Origin: Candidatus Latescibacteria bacterium 4484_107 | Lineage (GTDB): Bacteria > Latescibacterota > 4484-107 | Assembly: GCA_002059205.1 (NCBI GenBank) | Contig: MVCQ01000012.1 | Location: 1-24,285 of the forward strand | Direction: 5' to 3' | Length of the DNA stretch: 24,285 bases | In this document: in pieces, positions 9,030-16,730 of the stretch | Layout of the letters: the number at the start of each line of letters is the position of its first letter | Numbering within the stretch: the stretch's first letter is position 1 | Translations under genes and position numbers: made by a program | The notes under the pieces: model-generated | Told to the model about the DNA's origin: nothing | Databases searched by the model: none | What the model saw: only the letters and a program-made list of their open reading frames with translations

Positions 9030-11939
9030 TCAACACTTAAACCAATACTTCCGCGCCCAGCCTATCTCGAACCACACCAATTCGTCATCCTCCCACGCAC
9101 GCCGAATCATCTCGTGCGGCACGGCTCGACCGTTTTCCCAGACCGCCTTCCCGCCGAGCAGAATCCGGGGATGCCCGAAATTCGCTTTGGGTATCGCGAC
9201 CTCGGCTTTGCATCCTTTCGGCACGGTCACTTTCAGGTGAAACGTCCCCTCATCCCGCTTCCACGAAACCGGGATATCGCCCCGCACTGTGGGCATCACG
9301 CCCTGCGCCCATTGGAGATCGCCGATCCCCGGCTTTACCTCGAAGCGCCGAAATCCCGGCGCCCTGGGTTTTACCCCCAAAACCTCCGTAGATAGAAAAT
9401 AAGTAGGCCCGGCCGACCAGCCATGACACCAACTGTTCTTCGGATTAAACTGCTCCCACCACGTCGTCGCGCCCGCATCCAGCATTTCTCCCCACCGCTT
9501 GCGAATGATCGCCATCGCCTGATCGCTTCGTCTGCTGCGATAGAGCGCATCTAAAGCATAGAACATAAAATACGGGGATCCAATCTGCACCACTTCGCTC
9601 CCATCCTCGAAGATTGCCCGGAAAATCCCGTCCCGTTTCTCCTTCCCGGCGATGTCGTAAAGTGCCGCCAACACGTTGACGTGCTGGCTGACCCGGTCGC
9701 TTCCGATGCCGTCCGTGTATACCCCCTTCTCTTCGGACCACAGATAGAGAGTGAAATCCGTCCGCACCGCATTGGCCCGGCCCTTATATCTCGCTGCGGA
9801 CGCCTCGTTCCGGACTATGCGCGATAACTCCGACGCGGCCTCGAGCGCCCCCACGTAGAACCCATTGAGCGCCGCGATCTCGCCAGCGGAATCAATGTCC
9901 GCCCAATCCGTAAAGATCCAGCCGGGCGCCTCCTCCAAAAGGCCCCGGTCCCCGGTCTGACGGTCGAACCAGGACAGGAGTCGCTGCACGTTCGGGTACA
10001 ACTCGTGCACCAAATTTTCATCTCCCGTATAGAGCACATACTCCCACAGCGAAATCACCCAGATCAGCGAAAAACTCGGCACCCACCACTCGCGATCTCC
10101 ACCCGGCACCATCCCCTGCGTCAAGCCATCCGCCCGCTGAGATTGAGCGATCTGCCGCAGTCCCCGCGCCATCAGTTTCGCATCTCCGAACGCGTAATAA
10201 TTGACCAACGCCTCCACGCGCGCATCGCCCCACCACTGCGCCTGCTCCCGCCACGGGCAATCCTCGTACGCATCGTGCATACACAATTGCACCGTGGTTC
10301 TTCCCACGTCCCATATTTTATTGAGCCGCTCGTCCGAACACTCGAACGCGCCCCGGTGCGCCACCGGATACGTCGAAAAATTCACGCCCACATCGTGCAC
10401 CCACACCGGGCCTTTCATGCCGCGGAATGTCAGCATCATATACCGGAATCCCCGCATCCCGAACGTCTCGAATACCTGACGCCCCGCTCGTGTGATATAC
10501 CGATCCGCATACCGCACCTTATTCCGATAGGGGCGCACCAGCCCGTCTTCGAGAAGCTCGCTATACCCCATATCCACGATCGTCCCGGCCGGAGCCTCCA
10601 CCTCGATCCTCGGAAAGCCCACGACCTCCTGTCCGAAGTCCACCACGAGGTAGGCATCGCCGCCCTCCGACCATTCGTCAACGCGGAGAGGCAAAGGCAT
10701 GGGTGAGTGGGGAGTGGGGAGTGGTGAGTGAATCTCCTGTAAGCAGATAAGCCGATCCCAGGTCATGCGTTCCGCCACGCCGTCGTAAGGCCTCCAGCGT
10801 ACTGCCCCAACCTTGCCCTCATAGACCCCGTTGAAGTCCATTTCCTGCTCCGGCGGATAGGGGGTCTCGAATCCGATGCACTCGTCCCCGATCATTTCGT
10901 TGTCAAAGGGCCCGATGATCCGCCACCTGCACTCGGCCCCATCCAACGTCTTCTCCGCAGAGTAGATCAGATCCTTTTCTCCCTCCAAACGAAAATAGAA
11001 ATCCCACTCGCCCACCGATTGATCCACTTTGACCAAAATCCCGTTCCATCCGGCCTCCAGCGTCACCTCCGCCTGCTCCTGATCCGGCGCCGACCGCCGA
11101 TGAATGTGGTGATCCACCACCTTGTCGCCGTTCACCCAGATTTTGATGCCGTCCTCGCTGCCTGCAAGCAGCACCACATCCGCCCGCTTTTCCGAATACA
11201 CATACGTCGCCGCGTACGCCACCGCATCCCGATTGGGTGTCATCCGGCGCCCGAAGTCTATATGAAACGCTTCGTCGTCGAACACCGGAGAGCATTTCCC
11301 CATATCCACCACAGCCGCCGGAGCACGCATCTCCTCACGAAGCGCGGGTATGTCCCGCGGAACCAAAGCGGGCCATGGCTCCATCCCCACTTTCCCGATG
11401 ACCGTGGCATGCGCCCACGCTCCATCATCGAAGTCCGGCTCCATCCATCCCTGAAGCTCCCTGCGGCCGTCGTACACTTCCGTAAATCCCAGCTGAATAT
11501 CTATACGCGGGCTTCGGCTGTCCCAACTCTCCAACGGTTTGACCTTCCAGTACCGATCCGACGCCACCTCAACCGGCTTCCCCTGATCGCTCTTAATTCC
11601 CGCCTCGAAGAGAAATCCTCCTCGCCCCAATACGTAGCTGAACGTTGGTTCTCCATAATGATGCACCACAGCCGCAACCACATTTCGTCCGGGATGCAAA
11701 AACGGTTTCAGATCGTATTGGTCGTACGACTGTCTTCTCGGATCCGAACGCGCCGGCCCCCGACCTATAAATCGCCCATTTACAAACAGTTTATATCGGC
11801 TGTCCGCCACACACCGACACTTCGCCTCCGTAACCGACCCGGAAACTTTTATTTCCTTTCTCAGGGCGAGATAGAAATTTCGAGGACAAGGCGGCCCATC
11901 GCACCAGATCCACCGCGCATTCCATTCTCTGTGTTCCAT
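9030..11939 (-). CDS. GH78 alpha-L-rhamnosidase-like glycoside hydrolase with an inserted beta-sandwich domain, 969 aa
   Basis: ADSRYKLFVNG, VVDFGQEVVG, FRYMML, DCPWREQAQWWGD, TDWAD, TTWWE and CHGWSAGP motifs. AGGAGG RBS. No signal peptide. Confidence 0.9.
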   Translation of the reverse strand: MEHREWNARWIWCDGPPCPRNFYLALRKEIKVSGSVTEAKCRCVADSRYKLFVNGRFIGRGPARSDPRRQSYDQYDLKPFLHPGRNVVAAVVHHYGEPTFSYVLGRGGFLFEAGIKSDQGKPVEVASDRYWKVKPLESWDSRSPRIDIQLGFTEVYDGRRELQGWMEPDFDDGAWAHATVIGKVGMEPWPALVPRDIPALREEMRAPAAVVDMGKCSPVFDDEAFHIDFGRRMTPNRDAVAYAATYVYSEKRADVVLLAGSEDGIKIWVNGDKVVDHHIHRRSAPDQEQAEVTLEAGWNGILVKVDQSVGEWDFYFRLEGEKDLIYSAEKTLDGAECRWRIIGPFDNEMIGDECIGFETPYPPEQEMDFNGVYEGKVGAVRWRPYDGVAERMTWDRLICLQEIHSPLPTPHSPMPLPLRVDEWSEGGDAYLVVDFGQEVVGFPRIEVEAPAGTIVDMGYSELLEDGLVRPYRNKVRYADRYITRAGRQVFETFGMRGFRYMMLTFRGMKGPVWVHDVGVNFSTYPVAHRGAFECSDERLNKIWDVGRTTVQLCMHDAYEDCPWREQAQWWGDARVEALVNYYAFGDAKLMARGLRQIAQSQRADGLTQGMVPGGDREWWVPSFSLIWVISLWEYVLYTGDENLVHELYPNVQRLLSWFDRQTGDRGLLEEAPGWIFTDWADIDSAGEIAALNGFYVGALEAASELSRIVRNEASAARYKGRANAVRTDFTLYLWSEEKGVYTDGIGSDRVSQHVNVLAALYDIAGKEKRDGIFRAIFEDGSEVVQIGSPYFMFYALDALYRSRRSDQAMAIIRKRWGEMLDAGATTWWEQFNPKNSWCHGWSAGPTYFLSTEVLGVKPRAPGFRRFEVKPGIGDLQWAQGVMPTVRGDIPVSWKRDEGTFHLKVTVPKGCKAEVAIPKANFGHPRILLGGKAVWENGRAVPHEMIRRAWEDDELVWFEIGWARKYWFKC
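10698..10732. repeat. Heptamer array (GAGTGGG-type x4) inside the GH78 reading frame
   Basis: gagtggg gagtggg gagtggt gagtgaa; encodes HSPLPTPHSP. Confidence 0.75.
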
Positions 11940-12099
11940 ATCAAGAACCTCCTATAAACTTCCGCACTGCAACATGGGGGAAAGACAAAGGATGGTTGGG
12001 CATGTTTCATTCTTCAGGGAAATACCCCTTCACCGTTTGAACACATCTCAAGCAAACCGCGAATAAGTTCCTGAACAAAATTATTCTCGTTTTACCACC

Positions 12100-12228
12100 A
12101 CGAAATATACGAAAGAACCCAAAGCACTCCAAACCCTTGACTGGAGGTTTCTTTGCGTTCTTTGCGCCTTTGCGGTGAGACGGTCCTTCAATTTTGTCCA
12201 CCCCCTTAACACGAATAAATACGAATTA
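12100..12228. repeat. Short-period arms: CACGAAA/TACGAAA, CTTTGCG x3 + GTGAG, and CACGAAT/TACGAAT
   Basis: cacgaaa-ta-tacgaaa near 12110; ctttgcg-tt-ctttgcg-c-ctttgcggtgaga at 12151-12180; cacgaat-aaa-tacgaat near 12210. Confidence 0.7.
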
Positions 12229-12314
12229 AGGCACCGTAGCCATTACCGAAAGTTTGCGGCATTCGCGGCAGGGGGCAAACTGTGAGGGAAACCCTGAAAT
12301 ATCCTGTTCATTGG

Positions 12315-13145
12315 TCATGGATTTTCCAACACCACGCGATTTCTCAGCACGCCGATTTTCTCAATTTCGCCCTCGACCAGATCTCCCGCTTTCAGGTAAA
12401 TCCCTTGCGAGTCGCCCACACCGGCGGAGGTGCCCGTGGCGATGATGTCCCCCGGCTCCAACGTCATAATGCGGGAGATAAACGCAATGGTCGCCGGAAT
12501 GTCGAAGATCATGTCCCCCGTGTCGAAGTCCTGCTCCACCGCTCCGTTCACCTTCAATCGGGCGTGCAGATTCAGCGGATCACCGATCTCATCCCGGGTC
12601 ACCAATACCGGCCCCGTGGGCGCGAATCCGTCGAACCATTTCCCGTTCAGCCAGTCGAAGAACCCGTCCATGTCCCGATCCTTGGTGCGTTCCTTCGAGG
12701 CGAACAGCTTCCGCTCCGATACGTCGTTCACCGCCGTATATCCGAACACGTAATCCAGCGCCTCCGCCTCCAGGATATACTTCCCCTTCCTGCCGATAAT
12801 CACGCCCAACTCCAGTTCCCAGTCTATGGCCACGCCCACCTTCGGAAGCACAATCGGATCCTCCGTGGCAATCACCGTGGTGGAGGGCGGCTTCATAAAC
12901 ACATAGGGGGTGATTTTATCCTCCTTTTCCGGCATCTTCGCAAAATCGCTCTCGGCGATGTGTTCCCGATAGTTCGTGGCCAGCGCCAAAAACTTATAGG
13001 GCTTCGGCACCGGAGGGCCCAAGGTCACGGACGAAAGATCGCGCCACAGATCCGCCTTCCCTTTTGCCGCGCCCACTAACTCCTTCAACAGCTCCAATCC
13101 CACCGTGCCGCTTTCGATAAAACAGCGCATGCCGTGCGTTTCCAA
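12315..13145 (-). CDS. Fumarylacetoacetate (FAH) hydrolase family protein; the true start is probably ATG 13182 with a frameshift
   Basis: ATNYREH, FMKPPSTT, IDWELELGVIIG, YTAVNDVSER, GKWFDGFAPTGP, TLEPGDIIATGT. Upstream MKLGTF, with an RBS, is in another frame. Confidence 0.88.
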   Translation of the reverse strand: METHGMRCFIESGTVGLELLKELVGAAKGKADLWRDLSSVTLGPPVPKPYKFLALATNYREHIAESDFAKMPEKEDKITPYVFMKPPSTTVIATEDPIVLPKVGVAIDWELELGVIIGRKGKYILEAEALDYVFGYTAVNDVSERKLFASKERTKDRDMDGFFDWLNGKWFDGFAPTGPVLVTRDEIGDPLNLHARLKVNGAVEQDFDTGDMIFDIPATIAFISRIMTLEPGDIIATGTSAGVGDSQGIYLKAGDLVEGEIEKIGVLRNRVVLENP

Positions 13146-13215
13146 AGACTCGAATTTCCCGCCCGAATGTTCCTAATTTCATGCCGGGTTCCTTTCTTAG
13201 TTTGAATACCTGTAT

Positions 13216-13338
13216 CACTGATTACGCTGATGATCCCAATCACAACAGGGATCCACACCCGATCCCCCACCCCACCGGCGGCGGACGCGGGGAAGGATTA
13301 GTGCCATCCGTGTAGATCAGCGCTATCCGTGATCCCGT
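13216..13338. repeat. Inverted-arm element of the ATCCGTG/ATCAGCG type
   Basis: Left arm cactgat-ta-cgctgat; right arm atccgtg-tag-atcagcg-ct-atccgtg. Confidence 0.6.
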
Positions 13339-13396
13339 ACCTTCTTCAGCGAACCGTGCGGTTTAGCGCACGGCAGGAGGAAAAATAGCATCCTAA

Positions 13397-14176
13397 TCAA
13401 GACTGCAGCCCCAACAGCTCCGCCGCATTGCCCCCGTAAATCCGCTCCTTGACCTCCCGATCCGCGTCCAGAATCTCTATTTTCAGCAAAGCCGGCTTCG
13501 GAATCTTGAAGGGTATTCCACTGCCGAAGACCAACTTCGACGGCCCCAACGCATCTAAGAGTTTGGGAATGCTCTCGGTCAGCACGGAGGTCAGGCGGGA
13601 AATCCCGATCATAAATCGGGCTTGCTTCAGGCTTTCGTCCTTCACAAAGGAACTATTCTCAAAGCCGATCCCGTTCAGAAAAACAAAGGGGGTCTCCGGA
13701 CATTTGCGAACCACCGCCTCGAAATCCGACATGGGCACCTGCTCTGCCACGTCCATCCAGTGCCGCTGGCGGATGTCCACCACGCGCATCGGAACGGCTA
13801 TGGACCATCCCCACTCCGTAGCCTGCCGGATGAGGTGCAGGCTTTCTTCGTCGGTGAGGGTGTAATTGTGATAGACCGGAAACAGGCGCAGTCCCCTCAT
13901 TCCCAGATCGCGGCATCGCTTCAGGTCTTCCTCCCAATCCACGTACATCGGATTCAGCGTGGCAAAGGGAATCAGCCGGTCCCGGTGCGGAGCGATCTCC
14001 GCGATCAGCTCTTCGTTGGCCGTCTGGGAATTCTTGTAAAAAATCCCATGAATCGAGGACACTACCGCCCGATCTATCCCGTTCCGATCCATCAGCGTTA
14101 TAAGTCCGTCGGCCGTATTGTAATGCAGCGGACGAAAGGGCCAATGTCCCAAATAGGCGTTGACATCTACGGTCAT
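13397..14176 (-). CDS. Amidohydrolase-family protein with degenerate metal ligands
   Basis: Start at ATG 14176 (AAGGAG RBS). DVNAY replaces DxHxH and FGSGIP replaces FGTD. Otherwise collinear with the upstream paralog. Confidence 0.8.
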   Translation of the reverse strand: MTVDVNAYLGHWPFRPLHYNTADGLITLMDRNGIDRAVVSSIHGIFYKNSQTANEELIAEIAPHRDRLIPFATLNPMYVDWEEDLKRCRDLGMRGLRLFPVYHNYTLTDEESLHLIRQATEWGWSIAVPMRVVDIRQRHWMDVAEQVPMSDFEAVVRKCPETPFVFLNGIGFENSSFVKDESLKQARFMIGISRLTSVLTESIPKLLDALGPSKLVFGSGIPFKIPKPALLKIEILDADREVKERIYGGNAAELLGLQS

Positions 14177-14200
14177 AACGTGCTCCTTTGTAAGAAAATC

Positions 14201-14293
14201 ATAGCACACGGATTACTCGGATAGCCACAGATAAAACCTTAGGTTATGGTTGATCCGTGAAAATCCGCGCGATCCGCATCATCCGCGTGCTAT
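14201..14293. repeat. Inverted-arm element with a 13-bp terminal inverted repeat; contains the amidohydrolase stop codon
   Basis: ATAGCACACGGAT (14201-14213) versus ATCCGCGTGCTAT (14281-14293), 12/13 complementary. Internal units atccgtg, atccgcg, atccgca. Confidence 0.85.
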
Positions 14294-15054
14294 CTTCTCT
14301 CTAAGATTTCGCTCATATTCTTATGGAAGATCCTCTCCCGCTGTTCCTCGGTCAGGTTCGCTCCGAGAATCTTGCCCACGCCGCCCTCCATCGTCATATC
14401 CGTGCCGAACAGCAAGCGCTCCGCGCCCAATTCCCGCACGGCCAGTTCGATCATGCCCTCGTCCACCACGCTTCCACTGGTGTCCAGGTACACACTGGGG
14501 CTGCGGCGGAGTGCTTTGATGCTCCACTCCCAGTCACCGCCTCCGCCGATGTGCGCCTGGATCAGGATCGCTTCGGGATATTTTTCCGCCAATTGCGCAA
14601 AGTGCACCCCGTCCGAAATTCGGGGCTGGCTCGCCCGGGTCTCGGCATCGGTGGGATGTCCCGCGTGGCCTAAGATAGGCACGTTCAACTCGATGGCTTG
14701 CTCCACCACCGGATAGACCGCCGGCTCGGAGTAGAAATACTGATGATACAGCTTTACGCCGATCATCCCCTCTCCGCCGATGCAGCGCTTCATCTCCCCG
14801 ATGGCTTCCCGATAATACCCCGGATTGAGGAAACAATAGCCTAAAATGCGGTCGGGATATTGCTTCATAGCGTCCAACACATCGTCGTTGCAATCCCGGA
14901 CCTCGTCGGGCGTGGGCGCGGGCGTGGTGAGCGGAATGGAGCAGCACATCTTATCAATGCCCAGTTTATCCGCAGCCTCGATGATCTTGTCGTTGTCCGA
15001 CATACGCCATGGAGACCGATTCCCCTGCACGTGCATGTGACAGTCAATTTTCAT
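14290..15054 (-). CDS. Amidohydrolase_2-family metallo-hydrolase
   Basis: Start at ATG 15054 (GGAGG RBS). IDCHMH, VKLY, HAGH, AHIGG, DTSGS and LLFGTD motifs. Confidence 0.88.
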   Translation of the reverse strand: MKIDCHMHVQGNRSPWRMSDNDKIIEAADKLGIDKMCCSIPLTTPAPTPDEVRDCNDDVLDAMKQYPDRILGYCFLNPGYYREAIGEMKRCIGGEGMIGVKLYHQYFYSEPAVYPVVEQAIELNVPILGHAGHPTDAETRASQPRISDGVHFAQLAEKYPEAILIQAHIGGGGDWEWSIKALRRSPSVYLDTSGSVVDEGMIELAVRELGAERLLFGTDMTMEGGVGKILGANLTEEQRERIFHKNMSEILERR

Positions 15055-15122
15055 GGTGATATTCCTCCATTGTTTAATGTGGAGGGACACGCTAAATCTA
15101 CTTGGGATGTCCAGGTCGGAAA

Positions 15123-15590
15123 TCACAGCTCATCCAGTACCTGTTTCAGAAAAACCATGAAACGCTGTATCTCCTCCTGAAAACCATCGAACGTTTCATC
15201 AAAACGCTCAATCAAGGGTCGTAGTCTGTCAGGGTGAAGCTCGTACCCGTAGATATTGCGAAAAACGTGACGGAACCCCAAATAGGGTCGAAGCGCACGA
15301 GCCAAATCCTCTGAAATCACTTCCGGTCTTATATCTCCTCGTTCCGATGCCATACGCTTGATAAGCTCAATATGCCAGTGTTCCCCCTGTGGAACATCCC
15401 CGTCTATATCCTTTGCAATACGCAAAAATATCCTCTCACACGCGGTATAAAAATCGTGTAAGACCGATCCCTGCGCCCTATACACCCCCGGATAGGGCGC
15501 CTTCCGGAGAGATGTCAACTCTCCACGCAAGGCGTCCATCGCTGCCAATTCCTCCGATAATGCCTTAACCATCTCCCCGAACTTATCCAT
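15123..15590 (-). CDS. HepT-like HEPN ribonuclease (putative toxin)
   Basis: LHDFYTACERIF..ID...P....WH..L and FRHVFRNIYG motifs. ATG 15590 overlaps the stop of the MNT gene. Confidence 0.8.
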   Translation of the reverse strand: MDKFGEMVKALSEELAAMDALRGELTSLRKAPYPGVYRAQGSVLHDFYTACERIFLRIAKDIDGDVPQGEHWHIELIKRMASERGDIRPEVISEDLARALRPYLGFRHVFRNIYGYELHPDRLRPLIERFDETFDGFQEEIQRFMVFLKQVLDEL

Positions 15591-15945
15591 ATAGTAGAAT
15601 GCCCTCCCGTCCGATACGCGATCGGAGCGGTTCGCACAATCCTTCAAGGGGCTTCAGGTCCACCATAAAGTCACTTCGGGTCAAAAGGTCGCCCAATGCC
15701 TCGTAGAAGCAGTCCGGGGGCAGCCCTTCGACCACTAAGTCAATATCAGAGGTGCCTGCAAATCGCGTGTCCTTCCTGGCGAGAGATCCAAAAAGATAGA
15801 CCTTTTTGGCGCTGTAAGTCTGTGCCAGAACACCCGCTAACTGCCGCGCCTCCCGCGTAGCACGGTCTCGTATATCTACATCCACGTTCACCTGCTTTAC
15901 AGCCTGTTGCTTCCAATACGCAATATAGTCCTCTAATGGTCTCAT
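15583..15945 (-). CDS. MntA-like minimal nucleotidyltransferase (putative antitoxin)
   Basis: VYLFGSLA...SDIDLVV, VDLKPLE and EGILLYG motifs; coupled to the HEPN gene. Confidence 0.85.
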   Translation of the reverse strand: MRPLEDYIAYWKQQAVKQVNVDVDIRDRATREARQLAGVLAQTYSAKKVYLFGSLARKDTRFAGTSDIDLVVEGLPPDCFYEALGDLLTRSDFMVDLKPLEGLCEPLRSRIGREGILLYG

Positions 15946-16022
15946 AGTCAACCCTCTGATTTCACGAAGTTACGAAGCCTGGTCCCCCCCCTCTTCCCCG
16001 AAGCACTGATGACGGCACGAAC

Positions 16023-16058
16023 AACCTCCCGCGGGTCGCCGATAACCCGCGGGAGGTT
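16023..16058. other. Perfect 14-bp inverted repeat (8-nt loop) between the GNAT pseudogene and MNT
   Basis: AACCTCCCGCGGGT / ACCCGCGGGAGGTT. No U-tract follows on either strand, so it is not a canonical intrinsic terminator. Confidence 0.6.
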
Positions 16059-16066
16059 CAAAAAAT

Positions 16067-16601
16067 TCACCCCTCCCACTCCTCCCTCAAAATGCGTATC
16101 ACGATGCTATCGCGATACGCACCATTCACGTAGCGATCCTGCCGAAGCCCTCCTTCACAAACCCGGCCTTCCCGTAAGCCCGCATCGCACGGGGATTGTG
16201 ATCGAATACGTGGAGAAGAATCCGGTTGAGGTTCAGCGTGTCGAAGCCATAGCGCACCACGAGCTTGATGGCCTCCGCACCGTACCCCTTGGACCATTCG
16301 GGCTTATCCCCGATCGCGATGCCGAAAGCGGCTCGTCGGTTGCGCCAATCTATATTTCCGAATCCCGTGGATCCGATCAGCTTGTCCGATTCCTTCAGGA
16401 CAACGCCGAACGTGACGCTGTTTCGATCCTTGTACAGATTTTCGATCCACTTCCGCTCGCGTCTTAGATTGAGCGGCGGGAAGTTGCGCCCCAGATAGCA
16501 TCGCACCTCCGGATCGTTGAGCCATTCCACGAAGTGGGAGCATCTTCCGGCTCGATAGCCCGGAGATAGACGTTGTCCCCGATCAAAAACGGAGCTTGCA
16601 T
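16067..16601 (-). pseudogene. RimJ/RimL-type GNAT N-acetyltransferase with two frameshifts
   Basis: MQAPFLIGDNVYLRAIEPEDAP (ATG 16601, RBS), then HFVEWLNDPEV...FVKEG, then LRQDRYVNGAYRDSIVIRILREEWEG*, in three successive frame segments. Shifts near 16537 and 16148. Confidence 0.8.
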
Positions 16602-16643
16602 GCGAGGTCCTTTCCTCGGACGATTGTAAATTTAGGGGTTTTT

Positions 16644-16676
16644 CAATCCGCAATCCGCAATCCGCAATCTGAAATC
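16644..16676. repeat. Heptamer tandem array (CAATCCG)x3 + CAATCTG + AAATC
   Basis: Direct reading of the sequence. Confidence 0.85.
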
Positions 16677-16730
16677 AGGTCGCCACTCGTCACAATATAC
16701 CATAGATGCGGGGACGTGTCAACCAAAAAT

